Source: Candidatus Aenigmatarchaeota archaeon (GTDB lineage Archaea > Aenigmatarchaeota > Aenigmatarchaeia > GW2011-AR5). Taken from it: a stretch of 64,000 bases of DNA. The stretch covers positions 512,001 through 576,000 of the forward strand of contig JACPJW010000001.1 in assembly GCA_016187335.1 (NCBI GenBank), given 5' to 3'. The position numbers and the translations under genes were made by a program. How positions within the stretch are numbered: the first letter of the stretch is position 1; each line of letters opens with the position of its first letter. Of this stretch, positions 43,981-54,029 are shown one piece after another. The notes under the pieces were generated by a model. The model saw only the letters and a list, made by a program, of their open reading frames with translations, was not told the origin of the DNA and did not search any database.

Positions 43981-46900
43981 ATGGACTACACGCAGCGCAT
44001 TGAAGAGTTCATCAGGGAGAAATACTACACTGAGCTGCTTACGGCTGTTAAGGAGGACGAGGCGCTCATAATTGATTTCGCCGAGCTGGACAGGTACGAG
44101 CCTGTTATTGCTGACCAGCTGCTGGAAGAGCCGGAGCAGCTGCTGAAGCAGTTCCACGAGGCTGTCAAGAACATAGAGGGCTCCCTGCTCAATGTAAGGA
44201 TAAGAAATCTGCCGGAGCGCCGCCAGATAAGGATAAGGAGCCTGCGCGCCAAGCACCTAGGCAGGCTGCTGATGATAGACACCATTATTAAATCCGCCAG
44301 CGAGGTGAAGCCGCAGGTCCAGGAAGCGATATTCCATTGCCCGGAATGCGGGACAAAGATACCTGTGCCGCAGGACAGCAACATTCTTGAAAAGCCTTAT
44401 CAGTGCGATTGCGGAAGGCGCGGCGACTTCGAGCTTGTTGCGAAGAAAATGATAGACATCCGCTGGCTCGGCGGCGTGGAGCCTTTTGAGCTCACGACAG
44501 GCGAGCGGCCGGGAGAAATTTCCGTTTTTCTCAAGGAAGACCTTACAACACCGAGGATGCAGAGAAAGACCGACCCCGGGAACCGCATAAAGGTTGTCGG
44601 GGTGCTCAAAGAGCTGCCGAAGCGCATCAGGGGGAAATTGAGCACGCGCATGGACATGTATCTGGAAGCCAACTACGTAGAGCCTTCTGAGATTGAATTC
44701 GAAGAGCTGGAAATAAGCGAACAGGACGAGCGCCTGATAAAAGAACTCGCTGCTGACCCCAACATCTATGAAAAATTAAAGGCGTCGGTTGCCCCCGGCA
44801 TCTACGGTTTCGACGAGATCAAGGAAGCGCTTGTCCTGCAGATGTTCGGCGGCAACAGGAAGGTTTTGCCCGACGGCATGATAATCCGCGGCAACATTCA
44901 TGTGCTTCTGACAGGCGATCCGGGAGTAGGAAAAACAGTCTTGCTGAAGCTTATTTCTTCAATAATGCCGCGGGGCCGTTACGTTTCCGGCAGCGGCGTA
45001 AGCGGAGCAGGGTTATGCACGACTTATGATACTCTGGTACAGTTGGAAAATGGAAGCATTATAAAAATCGGGGAGCTTGTTGAAAGATATAAAGACAAAA
45101 TGGAGCGAGTGGAAGAAGGAATTTACGCAGCGGAAGGCGGCAGTCTCAAGGTAATGGGACTGGAGCAGGATTCGCTGAAAATCAAGCCAATGAAAATCAC
45201 GCATTACTGGAAGCTGAAATCCCCCGAAAAGCTGCTGAGAATAAAGACAAGGTCTGGAAAGGAGATAAAAGTTACAAAAGACAATCCGATGCCTGTTATA
45301 AACAATGGACAGCTTATATGGGTAAAGGCATCGAACCTTGAGAAAGGGAATTATCTTGCTTGTCCTAGAATGTTGTCTTCACTTCCATCAAGTCCATCGC
45401 TACTAGAACAGATAGATGAGACAGCGAGACTAGTCAATTGCGGCGGTGCCGTTAATATTGTTCTTGACAAAATCCGTAAGGAGAAAACAATCAAGGAATT
45501 CATAACAGAAACAGGTGTTTCAAAGGGCGGCCTTTATTGGTTCTGGAAAACAGAGAATGCCGCTCCGACACTGCATACATTGAAAAAAATTACAGGCAAG
45601 TCCCAAATAAACTTGGAAGAAATACTGCCTGATGAGCTTATACTTACCCAGCACAGAGGGCACGAAATAAAAATTCCCCGCGATCTTAATGAGGAACTGA
45701 TGTACCTTTTCGGCTTGATCGCTGGGGATGGTGATATACAGGAAACAGACTACGGCGGCTATTCCTTAAGATTCCATTCAGCGGACAACGAACTCCTTGA
45801 AAAATTCTCTGATATTGCGAGAAACAAGCTTGCAATAGAGCCCGATTTTTACAAGCATCCGGAAAGGATTGCTTATTTGAGAATAAATTCCAAGATCTTA
45901 GGAAAAATTGCAGAGAATCTCGGGATGTGTTCAGGAGAAAAGTCAGGAAAAATTGAGGTTTCTTCTTATCTTTCATCGCTTCCAAACAACCTGGTATCAA
46001 GCTACCTGCAAGGCCTCTTTGATACTGACGGCTTTGCTTCCGAAAGAAAGGGCAGGGGATCCGAGTTTGTTGGATTTACAACATCCAGCAAGCGCTTTGC
46101 AACAGGAATTTCTATGCTACTTTTGCGGTTCGGCATAATATCAAAAATAAGAAGAAAAAAGCCTTCGGTTTCTGTAATAAAAGGAAGGGAAGTCGTATCA
46201 AAGGAAAAATATGAAATTGAAATAAAGGGACTGAAAAATCTCGTTAATTTCAGAGAATCTATAGGCTTTGGTTTGAGCAGGAAAAAAGAGAAGCTTGACA
46301 GAATTATACAAAAATTGCCGACAGAAAATACAAATATAGATTTGATCCCTTCTGCAGGCGAAGCAATTTACAGTGCAAGAACTTCTTTGGGAATGACAGC
46401 TGCAGACATTTACGGCTATAAAAATTATGCCTTTGAAAAGGAAAGAATAGCTCCTTCAAGAAACATGCTTGCAAAAATCGTTTCCAGGCTGAAAAGCAAG
46501 GGCGATAACAACTACGTCAAGACCCTTGAGAAACTTGCACTTTCCGATGTATTCTGGGATAAAGTTGAAGAAGTTGAGGAAGTAGATGGGGAGGAATTTG
46601 TTTATGATTTGACAGTGGAAGGAGAACACTCTTTTGTTGCAAATGGCATGATAATTCATAACACCGCAACTGTGGTCAAAAACGAGGCAATCGGCGGCTG
46701 GGTGCTTGAAGCCGGCGCGCTGATTTTGTGCAACAAAGGGCTGATTGCTATAGACGAGTTCGACAAGATGAACAGGGATGACCAGATAGCGATGCACGAA
46801 GCAACCTCGGCAGAGACGGTAAGCATCGCCAAGGCGAGCATTGTTGCCACCCTGCCTGCGCAGACCGCAGTGCTCGCCGGCGCAAATCCCAAGCTTGGGC

Positions 46901-47607
46901 GCTTTGTCATGGACATGCCTATCGCGCAGCAGCTCGACATACCGGAAACGCTGCTGTCCAGATTCGACCTGAAATTTGCATTGAAAGACAAGCCGGACCG
47001 GACGCAGGATGAAAAACTGGCGGAGCATATAATCATATCGCGCACAAGGCCGGAAATCATAGAGCCAATTGTGGACAGGAACCTTCTGAGAAAATACATC
47101 GCGTACGCCAAGCAGATAAACGATATAGAGCTTACGCCGGAATCCGCGGAAGTTCTGAAGAATTTTTATGTGGACATGAGGAACCAGTATGCCACGGGGG
47201 AGACATTCGTCGTCAGCATAACCCTTCGCCAGTATGAGGCGCTGATCCGGCTGGCGGAAGCATCGGCGAAAATACGGCTCAGCGGCAGGATAGAAATCCA
47301 GGACGCTGACAGGGCGATAAACCTGATGAAATATTCCCTTCAGCAATTAGGTTATGACGTCGAAACAGGCCGCTTTGATATTGACAAGCTGGAGAGCGGC
47401 ATGACCACGAGCCGCAGGAACAAGATTGTCATGATTCTCAATATCATAGAAAAGATGCAGATTGAGGAAGGGAAAGAAGTCGCCGTCGAGGACGTCAAGG
47501 CTGCTGCGGAGGAGCTGGGCCTCGGGAATATTGACGAAATAATCGACCACCTGAAACGCGATGGCTCTGTATTCGAGCCGCGCCCGGGTTTCATAAGGAA
47601 GATATAA
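43981..47607 (+). CDS. mcm: MCM replicative helicase with one intein
   Basis: Zn finger CPECG...CDCG, Walker A GDPGVGKT, IDEFDKM, SRFDL, LIRLAEASAK. Confidence 0.97.
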   Translation: MDYTQRIEEFIREKYYTELLTAVKEDEALIIDFAELDRYEPVIADQLLEEPEQLLKQFHEAVKNIEGSLLNVRIRNLPERRQIRIRSLRAKHLGRLLMIDTIIKSASEVKPQVQEAIFHCPECGTKIPVPQDSNILEKPYQCDCGRRGDFELVAKKMIDIRWLGGVEPFELTTGERPGEISVFLKEDLTTPRMQRKTDPGNRIKVVGVLKELPKRIRGKLSTRMDMYLEANYVEPSEIEFEELEISEQDERLIKELAADPNIYEKLKASVAPGIYGFDEIKEALVLQMFGGNRKVLPDGMIIRGNIHVLLTGDPGVGKTVLLKLISSIMPRGRYVSGSGVSGAGLCTTYDTLVQLENGSIIKIGELVERYKDKMERVEEGIYAAEGGSLKVMGLEQDSLKIKPMKITHYWKLKSPEKLLRIKTRSGKEIKVTKDNPMPVINNGQLIWVKASNLEKGNYLACPRMLSSLPSSPSLLEQIDETARLVNCGGAVNIVLDKIRKEKTIKEFITETGVSKGGLYWFWKTENAAPTLHTLKKITGKSQINLEEILPDELILTQHRGHEIKIPRDLNEELMYLFGLIAGDGDIQETDYGGYSLRFHSADNELLEKFSDIARNKLAIEPDFYKHPERIAYLRINSKILGKIAENLGMCSGEKSGKIEVSSYLSSLPNNLVSSYLQGLFDTDGFASERKGRGSEFVGFTTSSKRFATGISMLLLRFGIISKIRRKKPSVSVIKGREVVSKEKYEIEIKGLKNLVNFRESIGFGLSRKKEKLDRIIQKLPTENTNIDLIPSAGEAIYSARTSLGMTAADIYGYKNYAFEKERIAPSRNMLAKIVSRLKSKGDNNYVKTLEKLALSDVFWDKVEEVEEVDGEEFVYDLTVEGEHSFVANGMIIHNTATVVKNEAIGGWVLEAGALILCNKGLIAIDEFDKMNRDDQIAMHEATSAETVSIAKASIVATLPAQTAVLAGANPKLGRFVMDMPIAQQLDIPETLLSRFDLKFALKDKPDRTQDEKLAEHIIISRTRPEIIEPIVDRNLLRKYIAYAKQINDIELTPESAEVLKNFYVDMRNQYATGETFVVSITLRQYEALIRLAEASAKIRLSGRIEIQDADRAINLMKYSLQQLGYDVETGRFDIDKLESGMTTSRRNKIVMILNIIEKMQIEEGKEVAVEDVKAAAEELGLGNIDEIIDHLKRDGSVFEPRPGFIRKI
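45016..46662 (+). mobile_element. Intein with LAGLIDADG homing endonuclease (549 aa) in MCM
   Basis: Begins GL|CTTYDT, ends IIHN|TATVV; LFGLIAGDG and LQGLFDTDG motifs; AT-richer than the exteins. Confidence 0.95.
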
Positions 47608-47714
47608 ATTAAAACGGAAATGAATTTTCGGATACGTTTATAAAAATGAAGGTATGAAAAGAAAGAAGAAGGTTCACGTTTTAAAGAACTCAAATCCGGG
47701 ATTTCCGTTTTGAT
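47608..47714. repeat. 107-bp MITE-like element with 14-bp terminal inverted repeats
   Basis: ATTAAAACGGAAAT (47608-47621) / ATTTCCGTTTTGAT (47701-47714), one mismatch. Confidence 0.6.
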
Positions 47715-47728
47715 AAAAGGTGTTGTTC

Positions 47729-48463
47729 ATGGAGAAAAAGCGTCTTACCGCCGTGAAGGCAAGGATAAGCAGTATAACTTCAGGCAAGTACGTGGTCCGC
47801 GAGGGCTTCGAGCCCAATTACATCCTGTCAAAAAGAGGCGGGCTGCTGTCCAGGGTGCGCATAATGGCCACGGTTGTCGACAAGTTCGTTTCTGAGACAG
47901 GAAAGTTCGCTTCGCTGACTCTGGACGACGGAACGGACACGGTGAGGGCGAAGGTTTTCAACGCTTTGTCAATGCTGGACAACATTGCCGTGGGCGACAT
48001 TGTCGACGCTATCGGCAGGATACGCGAATACCAGGGCGAAATATACATTGCACCGGAAATTGTGACAAAGATTGACAACACGAACCACGAATTGCTGCGC
48101 GAGCTTGAATTGCGGATGCAGGACCGCGAGCATGAAAAGAAGCGTGAACTGATTTTAGAATACCAGAAGCAGTCTGCAGATGCTGAGGAGCTGAAAAAAT
48201 ACATGTTTGAGCGCTTCGGGATAGCTGCGGAAGAAACAGAAGCCGTGCTGCAGTCGGAAGAGAGCAAAGAGGAAAAGGTCATTGATGAGAAGTCAAAGAT
48301 ACTTGAGCTGATAACAACGATGGATACGGGACAGGGCTGCGACTACTCGGAGCTGCTCAATGCCTCGGGCATGAACGAGGAAATAATAGACAGCATTGTC
48401 AACGAGCTGCTTTCAGAAGGCATATGCTTTGAGCCGAAGCCCGGAAAGATAAAGAAGCTGTGA
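47729..48463 (+). CDS. OB-fold + winged-helix protein (RPA32/Rpa2-like)
   Basis: SRVRIMATVVDKF, TLDDGTDTVRAKVF, C-terminal LVNELLSEGICFEPKPGKIK. Confidence 0.8.
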   Translation: MEKKRLTAVKARISSITSGKYVVREGFEPNYILSKRGGLLSRVRIMATVVDKFVSETGKFASLTLDDGTDTVRAKVFNALSMLDNIAVGDIVDAIGRIREYQGEIYIAPEIVTKIDNTNHELLRELELRMQDREHEKKRELILEYQKQSADAEELKKYMFERFGIAAEETEAVLQSEESKEEKVIDEKSKILELITTMDTGQGCDYSELLNASGMNEEIIDSIVNELLSEGICFEPKPGKIKKL

Positions 48464-48505
48464 AATCTGAACTTTTCACCTATCTCCGAGATAACTCTGT
48501 TATTT

Positions 48506-49375
48506 TCACCTTCTTGTACTTGTTTTTACTTCCTTGTGCGTGAAAGAAAACGCGAGCAATCCAATGCCAAGAGCAGCGACTACGCCGCCGTACAGCATCA
48601 TTGTTCCGGTCAGCGACGAGACAATGTCCATTATGAACCCGGAAAATTCCGTCGCAGCGGAGCCGGCGACCATTTTTTCAACGGCGCTGTTGGTCAGGAG
48701 CGCAGCTATAATCACGGTAGCCCCGCTTATCAGCAGCGAAGAGCCGAGCCATTTCGACGCTGATTTCAGCGATTCTCTGGTAAGGAAGTACATGAGCGCC
48801 ATGCAAAGGAGCGAAATTATTGCAAGCACAATGGTAGCTGATCTGAACATGCTGACATATGCCCTTGCTTGGTCAACACTGTTCTTGTCCTTGAAAAACG
48901 TGTCCGCAAGATTGATTTTTTCCGGCAGCGTGACGTTCTTCTGCGCAAGTCCGGATTCGAGGAACTGTTCCGATGTCATGCCAGCAGGCCTGCAGTTGTC
49001 TTTCATCGGGTCTTGCCCGGGCACGCATATAGGATATTCGGAGATGCGCGAAGCCAGCAACGTCTTGACTAGTTTTGGATCTATTTCCAGCGTGAGATCC
49101 AGTTCATCCGTATCGGAGCGCATGTAAGCAAGGAGGTTTATGAGCATCCTGTCGATGTTTGATTTCATCTGCTCTTTGCTGAATAATTCCGGCGGGATGC
49201 CGGACTTGCCGAGCAGCTCCTGCATCATGTCGTAAATATCGTTTTTCTCCATTGCCTGCTGGTAAACGTCAGGATAAAGCATTGTGTTGGCGGCAAGCGC
49301 TGTTATCGCGAGCGGCAGTGAGACCGTCAGGATAACGGAAAGGAAAACAAGGGCGGCATTTCTTGCGATGCTCAT
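48506..49375 (-). CDS. Membrane protein with a large extracytoplasmic loop
   Basis: N-terminal TM, soluble domain, three C-terminal TM helices. Confidence 0.7.
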   Translation of the reverse strand: MSIARNAALVFLSVILTVSLPLAITALAANTMLYPDVYQQAMEKNDIYDMMQELLGKSGIPPELFSKEQMKSNIDRMLINLLAYMRSDTDELDLTLEIDPKLVKTLLASRISEYPICVPGQDPMKDNCRPAGMTSEQFLESGLAQKNVTLPEKINLADTFFKDKNSVDQARAYVSMFRSATIVLAIISLLCMALMYFLTRESLKSASKWLGSSLLISGATVIIAALLTNSAVEKMVAGSAATEFSGFIMDIVSSLTGTMMLYGGVVAALGIGLLAFSFTHKEVKTSTRR

Positions 49376-49405
49376 GGTAACTAATTGAAGGCGGCTAAAT
49401 AAATC

Positions 49406-49439
49406 TTTTATACAAGGAGAAGTATTCTCCGGTATAAAA
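49406..49439. repeat. Hairpin; uninterrupted version of the 56909-57025 element
   Basis: TTTTATACAAGGAGAAGTATTCTCCGGTATAAAA. Confidence 0.7.
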
Positions 49440-49494
49440 TCAATTACAATTGATTTTTATATGTTTTGGTTGCTTAGATAACATAGGTGTTTTT

Positions 49495-49671
49495 ATGGGG
49501 ATTTTGTCCGATGCCAGAGGAATAATCAGGATGTTCATAAGGCTGTCCCAGGAAGAATGGGACGAGCTCGACCACAAGCTGCTCAGGATCAGCGTTGCCG
49601 TTGTAAGCTTCGCGGTCGCGGCGCTGTTCTGGTTCTACGTTTTCCGGGCTTTTTCGCCGTTCAAGTTCTGA
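49495..49671 (+). CDS. 58-aa membrane protein
   Basis: AGGTG SD, MGILSDARG..., C-terminal TM helix. Confidence 0.65.
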   Translation: MGILSDARGIIRMFIRLSQEEWDELDHKLLRISVAVVSFAVAALFWFYVFRAFSPFKF

Positions 49672-49672
49672 T

Positions 49673-50047
49673 CTAGAGAGTGTCCTGAATAACTGAAGGA
49701 GCGGGGATCCGGGACATTGCTTCTGCAATTTCAGTTTGGCGCAATCTCCATCCGGCACCGAAGGCTCGTGCTGCTCTGGCAATCAAATAATTTACTCCGG
49801 TTGGAGTAGGAGCGCCCAAAAGGCGCTGAAGCTGGCTGTAAGCGTATCCTCGGCTTCTTGTGTATTCCGAGGGGTTAATCCAAACACCAGAAATAGGATA
49901 TTTATCAGCAGCAGTTTTTCCTGCATCACGAGCCTGAGTAATGAGTTCTCCGTAATCCAATGACTTTCTATATTCTGGATTGCCCCACCATTTATGCCAA
50001 ATATCTTCTAAAAAAGCAGTTCTCACTTCCATAAAAAGTTCGTTCAT
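49673..50047 (-). CDS. Orphan hypothetical protein (AT-rich)
   Basis: 124-aa ORF. Confidence 0.6.
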   Translation of the reverse strand: MNELFMEVRTAFLEDIWHKWWGNPEYRKSLDYGELITQARDAGKTAADKYPISGVWINPSEYTRSRGYAYSQLQRLLGAPTPTGVNYLIARAARAFGAGWRLRQTEIAEAMSRIPAPSVIQDTL

Positions 50048-50090
50048 ATTCTTTCAAGTTAAAGCTTCAATTTATTTAAGCCTATAGAAA

Positions 50091-50336
50091 TCAGCACTTC
50101 CACTCCACCAGTTCCAGCTTCTCCAGCATATCAAGGATAGCCCACGCCCATACCACGGCTTCGAAAGCCCTGACAAGGTCGCCTTTCTTTAGGAAGTATT
50201 CCGAATCAGAAATGTACGCTTCCATGTTCTTCAGGTGCTCTTTTGCTTTTTCATCCTTGGCAACAACGTTGTTTTTCTTTTCCTTTATCCGTGCAAGCCA
50301 TTTTTCCGTTTCCTCGCGCAGCTGCTGATCAATCAT
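50091..50336 (-). CDS. DUF357 family protein
   Basis: AYISDSEYFLKKGDLVRAFEAVVWAWAILD; usual neighbour of dph5. Confidence 0.85.
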   Translation of the reverse strand: MIDQQLREETEKWLARIKEKKNNVVAKDEKAKEHLKNMEAYISDSEYFLKKGDLVRAFEAVVWAWAILDMLEKLELVEWKC

Positions 50337-50923
50337 TTTCTCACCATCCTGCAGAAATAAGCCGTTTTCTCTTTCCTCATTTCCTCAAACCTGTCGTCCA
50401 TGAAGTCTTCTTTCACATCAACAACAAATGATTGCGAGAACGTTTCCATTATCTCATCTTTGCGCAGCTTTTGCGGGCCGATTACAGATTTTTCTCGCCA
50501 GCAGAAGCACTTCATGATGTAAAGTCCATTCTTTTTCATGACCCTTCGGAGCTCTCCAGCAAAGGCTTTCCTGTCTCCCGGGCTCACGTGATGGAAGCAT
50601 CCGCGGTCGTTGACAAAGCTGAATGAGGAATGCTTGAACGGCAATGCAAGAATATCACCCAAAACAAAACTTGCCTTGACACGATTTTTCTCGGCCTTTT
50701 CTTTAGCTTGTTTCAAAGCTGCGAGGGATATATCTATTCCAAAAGATGGAAATTCCCTTTTAGCAAGATAAGCGACGTCATTCCCCGTCCCGCAGCAAAT
50801 ATCGAGAAAACGCCCTTCCGGTATTTTTTCCAGCTGTTGCAGGTGCTGCGATACGCCTGTGTCCCACGGCGTATGGCCGTGCTTGTATGAAAGCTCCCAG
50901 TTTTCTCTGCTCATCATAACCAC
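50333..50923 (-). CDS. Class I SAM-dependent methyltransferase
   Basis: PWDTG, FLDICCGTG, GIDIS, DRGCFHH. Confidence 0.88.
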   Translation of the reverse strand: MVMMSRENWELSYKHGHTPWDTGVSQHLQQLEKIPEGRFLDICCGTGNDVAYLAKREFPSFGIDISLAALKQAKEKAEKNRVKASFVLGDILALPFKHSSFSFVNDRGCFHHVSPGDRKAFAGELRRVMKKNGLYIMKCFCWREKSVIGPQKLRKDEIMETFSQSFVVDVKEDFMDDRFEEMRKEKTAYFCRMVRK

Positions 50924-51639
50924 AACCCCAAAGCTTCTTCTTCCTTGAAATTCAGGGTGCCCGGAATGATTATGACCGCCGGCTTTTCTTCCATAAGCAA
51001 ATCGTCGGCATGCCCGTACCTGATTATCGGATTCTCGCTGCCTAACCTTGCCGCTGCGATTATTTTATCATCAAGCAAACCTTCCTTCCTTTTTTCTTCC
51101 ATGCTTTGCAAAAGTTCTACCCCTTCCTTAATCGTCATGCCGCCTTGTGCCGTGTCCAAGAGCACTAATGTGTGCAGACCTACTCTCTTGTTCTCAGTTA
51201 TAACGTCATAAGGCGATTCGGGGATGTAGTTTTTGTGCGGCTTCGCAAGCGTTGTTGTCCTGCCGAACTTGTACAATTGCAGTCCTGTTATGGCAATGGC
51301 CGTGTATATAGAAGAGGCGTGGATGACAATGCATTCTATCCACTGTTTTTTGCACTGGTAAAACAATTCAAAGTGCGTCGTTGCTGCGAGCGGGTCGCCG
51401 GGAATAAGCAGTGCGACATCTTTGTTTTTCGCTTCGTTAATCAGGAAATTGCTCTCCACTTTTTCCCTTTCAAGAACGGAAATCTTCTTGCCGATGGTTT
51501 TTTCAAGAGCAGCTGCACCGCCGTGCCATATTCCTGTATATTGCTCAAGGTAAACAGCGTCGCAGTTTTTCGCAGCGTCAACGCCTTTCAGAGAAATGTC
51601 CTTTTCATCCCATAAACCGATGCCGATAAGGTAAAGCAT
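50914..51639 (-). CDS. dph5: Diphthine synthase
   Basis: MLYLIGIGLWDEKDISLKG, GDPLAATTH, GLQLYKFGRTTT, GLHTLVLLD. Confidence 0.95.
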   Translation of the reverse strand: MLYLIGIGLWDEKDISLKGVDAAKNCDAVYLEQYTGIWHGGAAALEKTIGKKISVLEREKVESNFLINEAKNKDVALLIPGDPLAATTHFELFYQCKKQWIECIVIHASSIYTAIAITGLQLYKFGRTTTLAKPHKNYIPESPYDVITENKRVGLHTLVLLDTAQGGMTIKEGVELLQSMEEKRKEGLLDDKIIAAARLGSENPIIRYGHADDLLMEEKPAVIIIPGTLNFKEEEALGLWL

Positions 51640-51664
51640 AATGACCACTAAGCATGTTCAGAAA

Positions 51665-52462
51665 TCATGACATGAATTTTCTTCCCAGAACATTCTTTAT
51701 TATTTCCGCCGCGAGCCAGCCGCTTTTGCTTGTCAGGCGGTCGTCGGCTATTTCAACGATGTCCATAGAATCAGGGTTAATGTGTTTCAGGAATTCAAAG
51801 AATTCCTTAGGTTCCATTTTGCCTTCTGGAAAGCCGGTCTCAACGTAAGCGGGATTGAAAACATCCATGTCAACGGTAAGGTGTACAGGCCGCTCTATTT
51901 TCGCCTGTGATAACTGTTCCGGTGTTTTGACATCAAGAACGCTACCGGATTCGGCATTTTTTCTTTCCTCTTCCTCAAGAACCCGGACGCCTATCTGAAC
52001 CAGCTTTGCATTGCGCGATGCGTGGAACGCCCATGTGCCGTGGCTGAACTCGTTGCCCTTGTAATGGCTGAGCATGTCGCCGTGGCTGTCAAATTGTATT
52101 ATTGTCTTTGCTTTGAGTGCTTCCGCTATTGGCAGGGTTATGGAATGTTCGCCCCCGATGAAAACAGGAAAAACTTTGGCGTTTTGAATTTCTGCCACAG
52201 TGTCGCGGATGCGCTCGGCGGTTTTTTCGTAGCTGCCCTCAACAACATCCAGGTCTCCCAGATCACAGAACTTGTAATGGCTGAAAATATCCCTGCCGTT
52301 GTGGCTGCCGCTCATCAGCTTCAGGGCTTCCCTTACTATCACTGGCCCGAATCTTGCCGGCCTGGAAATGCTCGTTGACACGAAAGGAATGCCCAGAAAA
52401 ACGGCATCTGCTTCGGCCAGCGGATAATTATACTCAACAAAGGTGTTTGATGTGTAAAGCAT
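51665..52462 (-). CDS. speB: Agmatinase (arginase family)
   Basis: DLGD, GGEHSIT, DSHGD, DMD metal ligands. Confidence 0.8.
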   Translation of the reverse strand: MLYTSNTFVEYNYPLAEADAVFLGIPFVSTSISRPARFGPVIVREALKLMSGSHNGRDIFSHYKFCDLGDLDVVEGSYEKTAERIRDTVAEIQNAKVFPVFIGGEHSITLPIAEALKAKTIIQFDSHGDMLSHYKGNEFSHGTWAFHASRNAKLVQIGVRVLEEEERKNAESGSVLDVKTPEQLSQAKIERPVHLTVDMDVFNPAYVETGFPEGKMEPKEFFEFLKHINPDSMDIVEIADDRLTSKSGWLAAEIIKNVLGRKFMS

Positions 52463-52487
52463 TATCTTTCCTACGGAAACAATTCTT

Positions 52488-52745
52488 TTAAGGATTAGCC
52501 TTCATTTCTTTTTGCTTGCCTTCTTCCGACCTCTTGGAAAAATAAAATGGCAGCAGTATCAGTATGAGGACCCCGATGCCGATCAGGAAAAGGTTTCCTA
52601 CGCTGTCTATGGAATTGATAATACCCGGCGATATTCCTATGGCCGGAGCTGTAATGTAACCCTTCGCAAGAATTGTTACTATCTTCACGCCTGCGGCCAG
52701 GATTAGCAGGGATATTATGAGATTGGAAAGGTCTTTGGATTTCAT
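52488..52745 (-). CDS. Small 2-TM membrane protein
   Basis: MKSKDLSNLIISLLILAAG...; start chosen at ATG 52745. Confidence 0.6.
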   Translation of the reverse strand: MKSKDLSNLIISLLILAAGVKIVTILAKGYITAPAIGISPGIINSIDSVGNLFLIGIGVLILILLPFYFSKRSEEGKQKEMKANP

Positions 52746-52870
52746 GACTGATATTTTGTCGTCCTTGTTTAAAAGCATGATAAAAAACCAGACCGGAGGC
52801 GATAAAGAAATTAAAGCCAAGGGGAAAGTTCTGATTCATTGAATTGAACGCGAATCTACCTTCCATCTCG

Positions 52871-53536
52871 CTAATCCTCAAGGATGGATTTCTCGTATTT
52901 TTTAGTCAAAAGCTTTCTCATTTTCTTTGCCATTATTTTGCCGATGCCTTCCACCTGCTGCAGCTCTTCTTCTGTTGCTGTGAAAACCCTTTCCGGAGAG
53001 CCGAAATGCTTCAGCAGCCTTTTTGCAATGACACTGCTTACTTTCGGCAGCCCGCTTATGATGTATTCCTGCTGCTGGTTCGGAGAAAGGAACCTTCTTT
53101 TGTTGCGCAGCCTTATGCCGTTTCTCTTTTCATTCTGTTCGCGCTTTGCTATCGTGAAAAGCATCTCGGCGCTTTCCAGCTGCGACTTTGTCCAGAAAAC
53201 CGGCACGCCTAGGTCAACTGTTATGGATGCAAGCGCGCCGCGCACGGCATTAGGATGGATATTCCTGTTTTCCAGATCGATGTCGCCTTCTATGAGCAAT
53301 ATAGGCGTTTTGTACCTGTCCTTTAATTCTGTCAGCTGCGTGAACAGCCTGCCGTCAATCAGGCTTTGAAGAAAATCGCTGCCTGTCTTCCGCTCGCACG
53401 CCACATTCTTGCTTAAAACGTAATCCGCGGCATTGAGCTTTTTCTCCCGGACCTCGCAGCGGTTTTTCAGGATAGCAGTCACCTTCGTTTCCGCCTGGTG
53501 GTTGTCGGCGTATATCACAATTTTATTTTCTTTCAT
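52871..53536 (-). CDS. XPF/ERCC4 nuclease with HhH (C-terminal half of Hef)
   Basis: ADYVLS..VACERKTGSDF.QSLIDGRL, GLPKVSSVIAKRLL.HFGS, VEGIG. Confidence 0.92.
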   Translation of the reverse strand: MKENKIVIYADNHQAETKVTAILKNRCEVREKKLNAADYVLSKNVACERKTGSDFLQSLIDGRLFTQLTELKDRYKTPILLIEGDIDLENRNIHPNAVRGALASITVDLGVPVFWTKSQLESAEMLFTIAKREQNEKRNGIRLRNKRRFLSPNQQQEYIISGLPKVSSVIAKRLLKHFGSPERVFTATEEELQQVEGIGKIMAKKMRKLLTKKYEKSILED

Positions 53537-53540
53537 GGAA

Positions 53541-53969
53541 TCACTTCATAAAGTCTTTCAGGTTCTGCTTTGATATAAACTTATGGGCATTCTTCAGTAT
53601 GGTTTTTGAATTGTCAAAAGTGATGTGCTTCAGGGCATCTTCGAACAGAAGCCACTTGAATCCTTTATGCTCGTGTGATAACTTAACGTCACCGATTTCT
53701 GCCTTGGCAGCGTAGAAAACAACTTCCTTGCTTATTGTCTTTCCTTCATTCCTGTAGAAATAAGTTATCCTTTCCTTGAAGCTGGGAAGGATTTCTATGT
53801 CAAGGCCCGTCTCTTCCTTTGCTTCCCTTTTCACTGTTTCCTCGTCGTTCTCGCCTTTCTCCACGTGGCCCTTTACGAAATCCCAGTGGCCCGATTCGTA
53901 ATGCAGAAGCAGGTAAAGAATTTTTATTCCTTCTTTCCTGAATATCACAGCGCCGCGAGAACGTTCCAT
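53541..53969 (-). CDS. Nudix hydrolase (Ap4A hydrolase-like)
   Basis: GHWDFVKGHVEKGE...TVKREAKEETG, LSHEH. Confidence 0.92.
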   Translation of the reverse strand: MERSRGAVIFRKEGIKILYLLLHYESGHWDFVKGHVEKGENDEETVKREAKEETGLDIEILPSFKERITYFYRNEGKTISKEVVFYAAKAEIGDVKLSHEHKGFKWLLFEDALKHITFDNSKTILKNAHKFISKQNLKDFMK

Positions 53970-54029
53970 GAGGAAGAATTGGTGAGAAATGGTTAAATAT
54001 TATTTAGTATTCTATAAACATAGTTAGAT

